From the NCBI GenBank assembly GCA_964016885.1, contig OZ024750.1, forward strand, positions 42,408,001 through 42,472,000: a stretch of 64,000 nucleotides of DNA. The letters run 5' to 3'. The DNA comes from Eledone cirrhosa. Taxonomy: Eukaryota. Below the pieces are notes generated by a model. It worked only from the letters and a program-made list of their open reading frames with translations. It did not search any database and was not told the DNA's origin. The position numbers and the translations under genes were made by a program. Positions 50,101-64,000 of the stretch are shown piece after piece (positions within the stretch are counted from its first letter, which is position 1; each line of letters begins with the position of its first letter).

Positions 50101-52245
50101 TTCTCTCAGATCAAAACTTCAATATATAAGCAATCCTGCCTAGTTTCTCTCAGATCTAAACTTCAATATATAAGCAATCCTGCCTAGTTTCTCTCAGATC
50201 AAAACTTCAATATATAAGCAATCCTGCCTAGTTTCTCTCAGATCAAAACTTCAATATATAAGCAATCCTGCCTAGTTTCTCTCAGATCTAAACTTCAATA
50301 TATAAGCAATCCTGCCTAGTTTCTCTCAGATCTAAGCTTCAATATATAAGCAATCCTGCCTACTTTCTCTCAGATCTAAGCTTCAATATATAAGCAATCC
50401 TGCCTAGTTTCTCTCAGATCTAAGCTTCAATATATAAGCAATCCTGCCTAGTTTCTCTCAGATCTAAGCTTCAATATATAAGCAATCCTGCCTAGTTTCT
50501 CTCAGATCTAAACTTCAATATATAAGCAATCCTGCCTAGTTTCTCTCAGATCAAAACTTCAATATATAAGCAATCCTGCCTACTTTCTCTCAGATCAAAA
50601 CTTCAATATATAAGCAATCCTGCCTAGTTTCTCTCAGATCTAAGCTTCAATATATAAGCAATCCTGCCTAGTTTCTCTCAGATCTAAACTTCAATATATA
50701 AGCAATCCTGCCTAGTTTCTCTCAGATCAAAACTTCAATATATAAGCAATCCTGCCTACTTTCTCTCAGATCAAAACTTCAATATATAAGCAATCCTGCC
50801 TAGTTTCTCTCAGATCTAAACTTCAATATATAAGCAATCCTGCCTAGTTTCTCTCATCTAAACTTCAATATATAAGCAATCCTGCCTACTTTCTCTCAGA
50901 TCAAAACTTCAATATATAAGCAATCCTGCCTACTTTCTCTCAGATCAAAACTTCAATATATAAGCAATCCTGCCTAGTTTCTCTCAGATCTAAACTTCAA
51001 TATATAAGCAATCCTGCCTAGTTTCTCTCAGATCAAAACTTCAATATATAAGCAATCCTGCCTACTTTCTCTCAGATCAAAACTTCAATATATAAGCAAT
51101 CCTGCCTAGTTTCTCTCAGATCTAAACTTCAATATATAAGCAATCCTGCCTAGTTTCTCTCAGATCTAAACTTCAATATATAAGCAATCCTGCCTACTTT
51201 CTCTCAGATCAAAACTTCAATATATAAGCAATCCTGCCTACTTTCTCTCAGATCAAAACTTCAATATATAAGCAATCCTGCCTAGTTTCTCTCAGATCTA
51301 AACTTCAATATATAAGCAATCCTGCCTAGTTTCTCTCAGATCAAAACTTCAATATATAAGCAATCCTGCCTACTTTCTCTCAGATCAAAACTTCAATATA
51401 TAAGCAATCCTGCCTAGTTTCTCTCAGATCTAAACTTCAATATATAAGCAATCCTGCCTACTTTCTCTCAGATCAAAACTTCAATATATAAGCAATCCTG
51501 CCTACTTTCTCTCAGATCAAAACTTCAATATATAAGCAATCCTGCCTAGTTTCTCTCAGATCTAAACTTCAATATATAAGCAATCCTGCCTAGTTTCTCT
51601 CAGATCTAAACTTCAATATATAAGCAATCCTGCCTACTTTCTCTCAGATCTAAACTTCAATATATAAGCAATCCTGCCTAGTTTCTCTCAGATCTAAACT
51701 TCAATATATAAGCAATCCTGCCTAGTTTCTCGCAGATCTAAACTTCAATATATAAGCAATCCTGCCTAGTTTCTCTCAGATCTAAACTTCAATATATAAG
51801 CAATCCTGCCTAGTTTCTCTCAGATCTAAACTTCAATATATAAGCAATCCTGCCTAGTTTCTCGCAGATCTAAACTTCAATATATAAGCAATCCTGCCTA
51901 GTTTCTCTCAGATCTAAACTTCAATAAATAAGCAATCCTGCCTAGTTTCTCTCAGATCTAAACTTCAATATATAAGCAATCCTGCCTAGTTTCTCTCAGA
52001 TCTAAACTTCAATATATAAGCAACCTCCATGCTTCCCGAAATTCGCCAATACTGCACCTGATGTTTTCCCTCCATACACATACACACATGTATATCATGA
52101 CTCATACACTGTTCATTTTCCTGACATTTGAACATTATACTATGTACTATACATGCACCTTTGATGAGTTATAGTGCACCTAAGCACTGTACACAATAAT
52201 TTCATTATTATTATTATTATTATAAGCAATCCTGCCTAGTTTCTA
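47118..52245. repeat. 44-bp satellite (about 111 units) with a 1232-bp higher-order duplication
   Basis: Unit GATC[A/T]AAACTTCAATATATAAGCAATCCTGCCTA[G/C]TTTCTCTCA. Confidence 0.97.
52024..52220 (+). mobile_element. Short retroposon 3' end (L2/CR1-like, ATT tail) inserted in the last satellite unit
   Basis: 9-bp TSD TATAAGCAA (52015-52023 / 52221-52229) and (ATT)n tail; clade assignment tentative. Confidence 0.75.
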
Positions 52246-53860
52246 TGTAAACGTACCTTTGACACAGGAAATGTATCTACCCAGCCAGTTTATGTCCTTT
52301 ACTAAATATCTCTCAAACAAATAAATTCTCCATTATTTGAGGTTCAGTAGTAGTAAAAGCAGTAAATTGTCAGTCATTAGACCATCAGATAGAATGTTTT
52401 GTGATATTTGTTCTGGGTTTTCTGTTCTCTGAGTTGAAATCATTGAACAAATTACTTTGCAATCTTTATTTTGTTTTTTTTATAGCCTTTGATACCAAAG
52501 CAACTAATACTAAGCTGTTTATATCAAAGTGATGATATTTATCTAAAACCCTTCCATCATATTGCTGTGAGGTTTATGGAGATTATTTCTTATTTAACCC
52601 TTTTGTTACCATATTTTTAGCGAAATACACTGCCTGTCTTTCAATTAATTTTGAAAATATTAAAACATTTTGGGGAAGATTTGATAAAATAAGTGAACTT
52701 ATACTTAAGCTGTTTTTTGGAATATAGCTTAACTCCTTTGATAACAAAACCATCTGGAACTGCCTTTGATTCTACAATATAAAGCTGTTTATTTTAAAGG
52801 ACTTATATTTATTTTAAAACCTTCCCTCATGATTTTGTACAAGAAACCTTGTTCAGTTATGTTTTAAACACCAGATAAATAATAGGAAAAGTAACTCAGG
52901 AGAACAATACAGTGATGGTATATATTAGTTTGATGCTTGATATAGCAGAAAAATAGTCTTGTTTCAGATGTTAGTCTTTCATCAGAAGATAGGAAGAAAG
53001 GGGGAGAAAAGAAATAGAGAGATAGTTGAGAATACAAAAGAAAGAAAATGGTGGGGGGGGGGGGGGGGGGTTCTAAGAGGAAAGTGCAAGTTGTTAGTCG
53101 GCCATCTTGAAAGATTTGCAATAATGTAAAAATTAGTTATATTATTAAATCCTTTCGGAAGCAGGATCAGGATGGAGAGAGAGGTGCTGCACCCCAGCCG
53201 TTTTTATGAAAGATGGGTGAAAGTGGCGAAAATGGGCCTTCACTCTACATCAGACTATAGGTGAGGAAGATGAAAGACCAAGGTAGCACCCCCTTTCTGT
53301 GCTCCTGAGGAGAAGGGTTGCACACTTTTTTTCGGGGGTGGGTGCGACCCCCCAAGGCGCCTCCTCCCTATTGAGGATTTTGTTATAAAATTTATTTTGT
53401 TATATTTTATTTTATTTTTATACTTTTATATCTTGTTATTGCCTCCTCCATATTGAGGACGCCTTTGCATGTAAACTCCCCCCTTTGTACTTGTCCCACT
53501 TTTGATGCCCTGGTGGCAAATAAAAAGAAAGTTATATTACTAAATCCATTCAAATTCTGGATTATTTTCAAAACGATTTGGTAATTATAGGCCGTATTTT
53601 TCATTAAAAATATGATAATGAAACGGACTAAATCTAAATCCCTCTGGGTTGATAAAACAAACTAACAGTTATGTACCGGGGTTGATATAATCAACTAGCA
53701 GTTATATACTGGGGTTGATATAATCAACTAACTCCTTCCCCATAAATTTCTGACCTCGTTTCTCTATTACAAACAATCATATATTTATTGTCTATATTTT
53801 CTATACATATTTATTTCAACTGAAGATTTTAATGTAATATTTTCTTTCATTTTATTTCAG

Positions 53861-53974
53861 AGCCAAGAAACAAACGCCAAAAGAAATCCGTCAATTTTGA
53901 CAAAGTTACAGTATTCTATTTTCCTCGCACTCAAGGTTTTACCTGTGTGCCTAGCGAAGGTGGTTCTACATTAG
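53861..53974 (+). CDS. CSRNP: CSRNP/Axud1-family protein, coding exon 2 ([39 protein letters not shown])
   Basis: Polypyrimidine tract plus CAG acceptor and G|GTTGGT donor; 114 nt, phase 1-1; encodes the hallmark CSRNP motif V.FD.VTV.YF.R.QGFT.VPS.GGS.LG. Not present in the ORF track. Confidence 0.93.
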   Translation, partial: SQETNAKRNPSILTKLQYSIFLALKVLPVCLAKVVLH

Positions 53975-54739
53975 GTTGGTTTACTGCTTTCTTCTTCTCA
54001 ATCAATATTTCAGCTATGTTATTGATCTCTTTCAATTGGGTTCTCTTCTGTTATGAAGGAATATAGATTAAAAGAAAGTTGTTGTTATCAAGCATAGTTT
54101 ATGTTTTTCCCAATTATAGCTGAATAATTCTTGTTGAGAACATCCCTGATATTTCAAGAGGTTTATTCCTCAAGTTAACTACACACACACACACACACAC
54201 ACACATGTATGTATGTATGTATGTATGTATGTATGTATGTATGTATGTGTGTGTGTATATTATAATGTAGTGTTACAAGTACCATAACAAAAGAAGCACC
54301 TGGTTCACCCTTTAAGATGATCTTGCCTGTACCACAGAAAATCTCCCAGTACATGCTGTAAAGTGGTTGGCATTAGGAAGGGCATCCCACTGTAGGAAAC
54401 TAAGCCAAAGCTGAAGTGTATAGGCAAGATGTGGTCATTTAGCCCATGGAAAATAGATGCTAAACAGCGATGATGGAGATGATGAGGGAGTGGAATATAT
54501 TTCCAATCTATTATCATGTTCTCTTTAAGCCTTACATTGTGATATTTTGTGTATATCTATATAAAAGGATAAATCTATTATGACATTAGAATTTCTATTA
54601 TCAAACGGTCTAGATATTATATTCCCTTGCCTCAAATACTTTCAAAGATTAATCCAATACAACAAGCATTTTAAGGCTATTTTCTCAGCTAAATCAGGGG
54701 TTGGGTTTGCAGTCACATAGCAGATTCCTTGTAACATCA

Positions 54740-56236
54740 GTACCACTTTACAGAGTGTGCTGGGTGTGTTTTATTGTGGCACCACCACTACCACTTTACA
54801 GAGTGTACTGGGTGTGCTTTATTGTGGCACCAGCACTACCACTTTACAGAGTGTACTGGGTGTGCTTTATTGTGGCACCAGCACTACCACTTTACAGAGT
54901 GTACTGGGTGTATTATATCATGGCACCAGCACTACCACTTTACAGTGTACTGGGTGTATTTTATCATGGCACCAGCACTACCACTTTACAGAGTGTACTG
55001 GGTGTATTATATCATGGCACCAGCACTACCACTTTACAGAGTGTACTAGGTGTATTTTATCATGGCACCAGCACTACCACTTTACAGAGTGTACTGGGTG
55101 TATTTTATCATGGCACCAGCACTACCACTTTACAGAGTGTACTGGGTGTATTATATCATGGCACCAGCACTACCACTTTACAGAGTGTACTGGGTGTATT
55201 TTATCATGGCACCAGCACTACTACTTTACAGAGTGTACTGGGTGTATTTTATCATGGCACCAGCACTACCACTTTACAGAGTGTACTGGGTGTATTATAT
55301 CATGGCACCAGCACTACCACTTTACAGAGTGTACTGGGTGTATTTTATCATGGCACCAGCACTACTACTTTACAGAGTGTACTGGGTGTATTATATCATG
55401 GCACCAGCACTACCACTTTACAGAGTGTACTGGGTGTATTATATCATGGCACCAGCACTACCACTTTACAGAGTGTACTGGGTGTGTTTTATCATGGCAC
55501 CAGCACTACCACTTTACAGAGTGTACTGGGTGTATTATATCATGGCACCAGCACTACTACTTTACAGAGTGTACTGGGTGTATTTTATCATGGCACCAGC
55601 ACTACCACTTTACAGAGTCTACTGGGTGTGTTTTATTATGGCACCAGCATTACCACTTTACAGAGTGTACTGGGTGTATTTTATCATGGCACCAGCATTA
55701 CCACTTTAGAGTGTACTGGGTGTATTATATCATGGCACCAGCACTACCACTTTACAGAGTGTACTGGGTGTATTTTATCATGGCACCAGCACTACCACTT
55801 TACAGAGTGTACTGGGTGTATTATATCATGGCACCAGCATTACCACTTTACAGTGTGTACTGGGTGTATTATATCATGGCACCAGCACTACCACTTTACA
55901 GAGTGTACTGGGTGTATTATATCATGGCACCAGCACTACCACTTTACAGAGTGTACTGGGTGTATTTTATCATGGCACCAGCACTACCACTTTACAGAGT
56001 GTACTGGGTGTATTATATCATGGCACCAGCATTACCACTTTACAGTGTGTACTGGGTGTATTATATCATGGCACCAGCACTACCACTTTACAGAGTGTAC
56101 TGGGTGTATTATATCATGGCACCAGCACTACCACTTTACAGAGTGTACTGGGTGTATTATATCATGGCACCAGCATTACCACTTTACAGAGTGTACTGGG
56201 TGTATTATATCATGGCACCAGCATTACCACTTTACA
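54740..56236. repeat. 48-bp minisatellite (about 31 units) in CSRNP intron 2, related to the RTE/SINE-A 3' UTR subrepeat
   Basis: Unit CAGCACTACCACTTTACAGAGTGTACTGGGTGTATTATATCATGGCAC; open in all three + frames, giving spurious ORFs. Confidence 0.95.
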
Positions 56237-56289
56237 CTTTCCTTTTAAAATTCTTATTTATAATTGATTTTCTTTTTACTTTTTTCAAG

Positions 56290-58196
56290 GAATGTCTGGC
56301 AATCATGCTTACGTAGAAGACTTTACCCTACCTGGTTATGCCAAAGAACAAAAACGAATTCACAAGTTAATACTCAAAGAACAGCAGCAAAATGGTAAAA
56401 TTATTCCACCATCTCGAGTTGCTTTTTTGCGATCGGTTGAAGAAGATAGTGATTCTGCTTCAGAATCTGAAAGTGACATTGAAGTCGATGAATATTTTTT
56501 CTTGCAACCGGTACCAATCCGCCAGCGTCGGCTAATGCTCCGAGCAGCTGGAGTACGTAAGATTAACAGCCAGGAGAGAGACGATTGTCGGCAGATTCGG
56601 CAATCACGGGAAATCTGTGGCTGTCAATGTAAAGTGTTTTGTGATCCAGAAGCCTGTTCTTGTAGTTTAGCTGGGATCAAGTGTCAAGTTGACCGGCTCT
56701 CTTTCCCTTGTGGCTGTAGTAAGGATACATGCGGTAATATTGCCGGTCGAATTGAATTCAACCCAATCAGGGTTCAGACTCACTTTATTCACACGTTAAT
56801 GCGGATTGAACTGGAAAACAAGGAAAAAGAATTGCATCCGGTTCTTACACAGAAATCTAACTCAGAAGACAGCAGTGATATAAAAAATACCAATATTGAC
56901 TTGACAGAATTTAATAGCAACGAACGAGGCAGCTGTCGTGATTGCCAAAATTCCGAGGTTTGTCAGGTGATGATGCATGAAGCCCAGTATGCATCAATGG
57001 AGGCAGAACATCATCAACAAAATACTGTTCAACAATTTAACCAACAACACCAATATAAAGACCTGGAGAGTTTACAAGCCAATGGACATATCGAGGCTCT
57101 TCCTAGGGTGTTGCTGTTTAACGACAGCGATGACGAGATGTACAATACAGAAAATGCTTCTTTGTATGGCTTTAAACACGACGATAGCTCATATTCTGAA
57201 ACCAGTGAATGTTCTAGTGAAAGCAGCGTTAATTTTGATGGCAATGATTATCAAAAGACTTATCAAAGTTTATCGTCATTTGATGAGGAGACTAATCAGG
57301 AATATTGTGCTAGTGGCTCTAATGGAATTAACGACAATTCTCACTGCCACCAACAACAACAACAAATTCAACATCAACAACACCATCTTAATAACAATAT
57401 CACCAGCAACAATAACAAGTTACATTGTCACCAGCAACACTTTACACTCAATGGCAATCTCCATAATGGAGCAACTGATAAATATATTCAGCTAAATAAT
57501 TCAACATCTGCTGCTTCATCAGTCTACAAACTGGAACCTGTGTCACATCTGATGAACCCTTTAAACAGTCACACGTTTGACAGCCAATCAACGCAACCGT
57601 CAAGTCAGTCCACCAACAGTTGGTCAGATGACCAGTCACGCTCTATAAACCCGACTCCTTTCTTTGATGAACCCATTTCCATATACGCATCACTGACTGA
57701 TACTACGTCTGATCAACTGGCCACCAACTGTCCAGCTATCTCATCACACATGAACAACTACAACAACAACAACAACAATAACAACCACCACCACCACCAT
57801 TCTGAATTCAGCCACCACCAAGGAGAAACTATGTCTAAACTGCGAAACATGCACAACCATACCAACGGGAGCTACAATGGTTATAGTATAGATGAATCTC
57901 ATACAGGAACATCGACTGGGATTTCTTCTGAACAGTCTCTCATGTCTTTCTATCCCTCAAACTCTGATTCCAGCTTACTCACATCATCTAATGGTAATCC
58001 AACATCGATGCCGTCTAGTACAGAAGACATGCAGTTGTTTTCGGAGCAGGATAGTTGCTCTAGTGCATTCCAAGACAGTAGTTGTTCTACTTTCAAAACC
58101 AACAAGGACTCTTCTTGTTTTCAACACAGTGAGTCTGCAGCTCAAAACTTTGGGGAAATCATAAAAGAATCGATAGTTGAAACTGTTTCTGCTTAG
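56290..58196 (+). CDS. CSRNP: CSRNP/Axud1-family protein, terminal coding exon (Cys-rich domain plus long S/N/Q/H-rich tail)
   Basis: Acceptor TTTTTCAAG at 56289 gives G+GA=Gly then Met (LGM motif). Contains FFLQP...RR..LRAAGV.KI, IR.SRE.CGC.C...CDPE.C.CSLAGIKCQVDR.SFPCGCS...CGN..GRIEFNPIRVQTHFIHT.MR, the CSRNP conserved domain. Stop TAG at 58194-58196. Confidence 0.95.
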
Positions 58197-58749
58197 TAAA
58201 GGCATTGAAAGTTCCATAGTTGCCTTAAAAAGAGACTGTTTTAAGATTCTTTGGACAAAGTAATATTGTAAAGATAAAAGATGTGTAAAATAACAAATGC
58301 TACAAATACAAATTAAAAAATAATAATAATAAAATGCTGGAATAAAACTGAACAACAACAACAATAATAATAATAATAAATAATAATAATAATAATATCA
58401 ACAATAACAATAATAATAGAGGCAAAACAAATACGAAACTGAATTTTAAAATAAAAATAAAATTGTTATTCTTTGAGGACAAACAAAATATAATTATATT
58501 GATTAAAGTATATGGTATGGGGGTGGGGTGGGGTTGTTGATAACTGTGACTGAGTCAATAGTTAAAGAGATCTACTACTTTGATTGATCCAGAATCAATT
58601 GGTCTGTAGTAGGGGATTGATTGAAGGATTTCTCCAGAAAGAAATAAATAAACTGCTGAATTTTAGTATTTTACTGTTGAGGCCATTTAACTTTCATTAA
58701 AATATTTTACAACAAACACACACACACACACACATGCATGCACGCACAT

Positions 58750-59220
58750 ACACTATAGTTCTAAACACACACACACGCACATACACCATAGTTCTAAACA
58801 CATACACATACACCATAGTTCTAAACACACACACATACACCATAGTTCTAAACACACGCGCACATACACCATAGTTCTAAACACACACACACACACACAC
58901 CATAGTTCTAAACACACACACACACACACCATAGTTCTAAACACACACACACACCATAGTTCTAAACACACACACACACACACACCATAGTTCTAAACAC
59001 GCACATACACCATAGTTCTAAACACACACACACCATAGTTCTAAACACGCACATACACCATAGTTCTAAACACACACACGCACATACACCATAATTCTAA
59101 ACACACACACATGCACACCATAGCTCTACACGCACACATGCACATACATCATAGTTCTGCACACACACACACCATAGCTCTACATACACACACCATAGTT
59201 CTACACACACACACCATATA
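58750..59220. repeat. CCATAGTTCTAAA plus variable (CA)n tandem array
   Basis: Direct reading. Confidence 0.9.
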
Positions 59221-59799
59221 TACACCCACTCTATCAATCAACACTCTACACATATCTGTCTTATTCCTACCATTATGACTTCACAATCAGAATCTCAGTA
59301 ATGACCCCCCCCTCCCTCTCTATCTATGTCTTCTTATATCTCTCTATTTATCTCTCTATCTCACTACTTATCTACCTACTTATCTACCTACCTACCTACC
59401 TACCTATCTATCTATCTATCCTTGTCTCTATCTATCTATCTACCTATCTATCTATCTATCTCTCCAGTCATGCCAGTCACCATCAAATAAAAAGGTTGTG
59501 GTGGCAGGAACTGGTTTGCTGATGATCTGACAATTGCAGTTTGGTGTAAAATTGGGAGCTGAGTGGTTGTGGTAGTAGTGGTGGTGGTAGTAGTGGTGGT
59601 GGTGGTGCATGGTGGGAGGGGGGTCAATGAAGCATGCTGGCAAAATTGTTTACATTTTCTAATTCATGGATTGTAAAATATCAGCCTGCCTCATGTTGTA
59701 GTTACCATCTTTCTCTCTCTCCCTCCCTCCCCCCCTCTCTCCCTCTTCCCCCTCTCTCCCTCTCCCCCTCTCTCTCTCTCCCTCTCCCTCTCTATATCT

Positions 59800-59847
59800 C
59801 CTCCCCCTCTCTCTCTCATCGTTTTATCTTTCTCATTCCATACCATA

Positions 59848-59880
<33 letters not shown>

Positions 59881-60665
59881 TCTCTCTATATATATATGTC
59901 CCTCTCTCTTTCATTGTTTTATCTTTCTCATTCCATACCTGACTCTCTCTCTCCTCTCTCTATATATATGTCCCTCTCTCTTTCATCATTTTATCTTTCT
60001 CATTCCATACCATACTCTCTCTCTCTCTCCCTCTCTCTCTCTCTATATATATATGTCCCTCTCTCTTTCATCATTTTATCTTTCTCATTCCATACCATAC
60101 TCTCTCTCTCTCTCCCTCTCTCTCTCTCTATATATATATGTCCCTCTCTCTTTCATCATTTTATCTTTCTCATTCCATACCATACTCTCTCTCTCTCTCC
60201 CTCTCTCTCCCTCTATATATATATGTCCCTCTCTCTTTCATCATTTTATCTTTCTCATTCCATACCTGACTCTCTCTCTCCTCCCTCTATATATATATAT
60301 GTCCCTCTCTCTTTCATCATTTTATCTTTCTCATTCCATACCTGACTCTCTCTCTCCTCCCTCTATATATATATGTCCCTCTCTCTTTCATTGTTTTATC
60401 TTTCTCATTCCATACCTGACTCTCTCTCTCCTCCCTCTATATATATATATGTCCCTCTCTCTTTCATCGTTTTATCTTTCTCATTCCATACCTGACTCTC
60501 TCTCTCCTCCCTCTATATATATATATGTCCCTCTCTCTTTCATTGTTTTATCTTTCTCATTCCATACCTGACTCTCTCTCTCCTCCCTCTATATATATAT
60601 GTCCCTCTCTCTTTCATTGTTTTATCTTTCTCATTCCATACCTGACTCTCTCTCTCCTCCCTCTA
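59800..60665. repeat. About 65-75-bp pyrimidine-rich tandem array with variable (CT)n/(AT)n
   Basis: Core GTCCCTCTCTCTTTCATCATTTTATCTTTCTCATTCCATACC recurs. Confidence 0.9.
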
Positions 60666-60960
60666 TCACTCTGATCCTTCAATCCAGTTCTTCCTCAATG
60701 TAATGTCTCTCTCACACAAGAAGTTCCAAGATAAACAACTCTGGATTCCCTCCGATGTCCAATCCCACTCACTCACCTACTCCTTCTGCCACCATTCCCA
60801 GTCACCTCCACCCACCAACCTCCTACTGCCACCATTCCGACTCACCTCCTCCTCCTCCCACCATTCCCACTCACCTCCTACTGCCACCAATCCAACATCT
60901 TTCAATGGGATTCCTCAACAACCCACTCAAACCTTTTCAGCTTTACTGCTCTTGTGTTCC

Positions 60961-61030
<70 letters not shown>

Positions 61031-62259
61031 CATACACACATACATGTGTTCCTATATATACACACACACACACACACACGTGTTTATGCCACATACACCC
61101 ATGTGTTTGTGTCATATCTACAACCAAGCCTACATGTGTGACTTCTCTCTTCTTTCATTCACTCTTTCATCTTTTAATTCTTTTACTTTCTCTCTCTCTC
61201 TCTCACACCTTTACTTTCTCTCCCTCTCTCACACCTTTACTTTCCTCCTCTCTCTCATCCTACTTTTTCATTCATTCCTTATTTATTCCTCATCAATCGC
61301 TCTTCTTTCTCTCTTCTTTCTCTCTTCTTTCTCTCTTCTTTCTCTCCTCTCTTCTTTCTCTCCTCTCTTCTTTCTCTCCTCTCTTCTTTCTCTCCTCTCT
61401 TCTTTACGAGAGAAAAATAATATTTTTCAGAAAGAATGTGAGAAAAATATCTTTTGTTTTTGTTGTTACATAAACAATTTATTTATTCTAAACAAAATGT
61501 GTGTGTACATATACATACAGCATACATATATATATATATATATACATACATACACATATATATATATACATAGATATATACATACAGCATACATACACAT
61601 ATATATATACATACACACAGATATATACATACACCATACATATATATATACATACACATATATATACATACACCATACATATATACATACACTATACATA
61701 TATATATACATACACCATACATATATATACACACACCATACATATATACATACACCATACATATATACATACACTATACATATATATACATACACCATAC
61801 ATATATATTCATACACACACATATATACATACATAGATACACACATATATATACATACACCATACATATATATATATACATACACCATACATATATACAT
61901 AAACACACATATATATACACATATACACACATACATATATATATATATTTTCAGTATTTTATTGAATTTGAAAAGCTCAAAAAGCCCCCACACACCATTT
62001 TTATCAGAACCTGCCAAAACTCTTCACTGTCTCATTCAATGGATATTTATATAAACCCTCTCCTCTCCCCGCTACCCATGTCACTTAGTGAGACTTACTA
62101 AGTTATTCCTTGTCTTCTCAACTCTTGCAGTTTTATCTGTCTTTGAAATTATCTCTTCTCTACATTTACTTACTCAGATAACATTTTTGTGTTCATCCCC
62201 GAAAAACCAATGAACTTACTAAAACCATTCTTTCCTGACTCTCTCTCTCACTTTCTCTT

Positions 62260-62350
<91 letters not shown>

Positions 62351-62373
62351 GCTAAATTTTGTCAGTTATTAAT

Positions 62374-63352
62374 AGGGCAGTGGATTGGCAGTATCGGTAG
62401 AGCATTGGACATGCTTTGCAGCATAGAGTTATGGCCCTTTGCGTTCTCGGTTCAAATCGGGGTCGTAAGATAAAGCACCAGTAATGCACTGGGGTAATTG
62501 CTGCCCTTGTGCCTAAATCAGAAACCATTATTATTATTATTATTATTATTATTAGGGTGGTGGATTGGCAGTATCAGTAGAGGGTCGGACACCATGCTTT
62601 GCAGCAAAGCGTTACGTCCCTTTATGATCTGAGTTCAAATCCCGCCGAGGTTAACTTTGCCTTTCATCCTTACGGGGTCGATAAAATAAAGTACCAGTAA
62701 TGCACTGGGTAATTGCTGGCCTTGTGCCAAAAGTAGAAACAATTATTATTATTATTATTAAGGCAGTGGATTGGCAGAATCGGTAGAGCGTCGGACAACA
62801 TGGTTTGTGGGATATAGTTAAGGCCTCTACATTCTGGGCTCAAATCCCACGAAGGTTAGCTTTGCCTTTCATCCTTACGGGTTGATAAATAAAGTACCAG
62901 TAATGTGCTGGGTTTGATTTGATCAACTTTCCCTTCTCCAAAATTGCTGGCCTTGTGCCTAAATCATAAATCATTATTATATTGGTGGAATCGGTAGAGT
63001 GTCGGACACTATCTTTTGTGGCATAGATTTTCAGCCCCTTACATTCTCAGTTCAAATCCCGCCAAGGTCAACTTTCCTTTTCTTTCTTACGGGGTCGATA
63101 AAATAAAGTACCAGTGATGCACTGGGGTCGATTTAATCGACTTTCCCCTCCCCTTCAAATTGCTGGTCATGTGACTAAAGTAGAAACCATTATTATTATT
63201 ATTATTAGGTCGGTAGAGTATTGGTCAACATGCCTTGCAGTATTTGTTCTGAGCTTGAATCCTGTCATGAAGTCCCAGTTAAATACTGGGGTTGATATAG
63301 TCAACTTCTCGACTTCCAAAGTTGTTGGCTTTCTGCCTAATTTAGAAACCAT
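62374..63352 (+). mobile_element. Head-to-tail cluster of about 5 diverged SINE family B copies
   Basis: Heads at about 62374, 62555, 62761, 62983 and 63208, each following the previous copy's (ATT)n tail. Confidence 0.85.
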
Positions 63353-63689
63353 TTATAGATATTTGAAGTAGATGGGAAGTTTCATATATTTAGTTTTCTC
63401 GGTTAGCTCTGGGGCTCTATTGTTGGCAATATGCCTGCTCCTCCACCACCACCTGCTCCTCCTCCACCACCACCTGCTCCTCCACCACCACCACCTGCTC
63501 CTCCTCCACCACCACCTGCTCCTCCTCCTCTGCCACCTCTTCTACCTCCTCTCACATTCTTCAAAGTTCTAAATACTTGGCAATATTATGGTCTCTAGGT
63601 ATGGTAACGTTGATTATAAAACCTACATCTCTTTCTTTATAGACAATCACATCAGGTTTTCTGTGTTGTGGGTTTTATGTCTCACTCTC

Positions 63690-64000
63690 TGTCCCACTCT
63701 CTATATTATGTCCTGTCCCACACTCTATATTATGTTCTGTCCCACTCTCTATATTATGTCATGTCCCACTCTCTATATTATGTCATGTCCCACTCTCTAT
63801 ATTATGTCATGTCCCACTCTCTATATTATGTCCTGTCCCAGTCTCTATATTATGTCATGTCCCACTCTCTATATTATGTCATGTCCTACTCTCTATATTA
63901 TGTTCTGTCCTACTCTCTATATTATGTTCTGTCCCACACTTTATATTATGTCCTGTCCCACTCTCTATATTATGTTCTGTCCCACTCTCTATATTATGTC
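63690..64000. repeat. 24-bp minisatellite running off the window end
   Basis: Unit CCCACTCTCTATATTATGTCATGT. Confidence 0.93.

Noticed and set aside
53160-53512. Possible hAT-like MITE (GC-rich, GCACCCC motifs, ends GCCCTG)
   Set aside because: Could not identify a matching left TIR or a TSD.
54701-56316. 515/519-aa Cys/His-rich ORFs resembling zinc-finger or metal-binding repeats
   Set aside because: A 48-bp intronic minisatellite open in all frames; lies between CSRNP exons 2 and 3.
56292-58196. Single-exon 634-aa gene starting at ATG 56292
   Set aside because: The Met is internal (conserved LGM motif), preceded by an acceptor and an upstream conserved exon.
58300-58460. CSRNP polyadenylation signal
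   Set aside because: Several AATAAA hexamers lie within an AAT-rich tract; none can be singled out without transcript data.

Overview
Repeat-rich, AT-rich animal genomic DNA. The SINE, RTE-LINE and microsatellite landscape suggests a coleoid cephalopod such as Octopus (inference). One host gene is supported: a CSRNP/Axud1-family cysteine/serine-rich nuclear protein on the + strand, with three coding exons (10759-10912, 53861-53974, 56290-58196; about 724 aa) and a first coding intron of about 43 kb. The rest is mobile DNA and tandem arrays: a 5'-truncated but uninterrupted RTE-clade LINE with a PHD finger in its RT ORF, decayed RTE and R4/Dong LINEs, two tRNA-derived SINE families, TTAA (piggyBac-like), hAT and pogo/Tigger-like MITEs, and more than 10 minisatellites, several visibly seeded from transposon ends. 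The most notable signal not shown by the ORF track is a set of minimal type I hammerhead ribozyme motifs of the Penelope-like-element kind. There are five well-formed copies at four loci, including a U3-A8 core variant and a head-to-head pair in a 258-bp palindrome, plus two decayed copies. Several lie on the sense strand of the CSRNP locus. Nearly all other ORFs in the track are artefacts of simple or tandem repeats.
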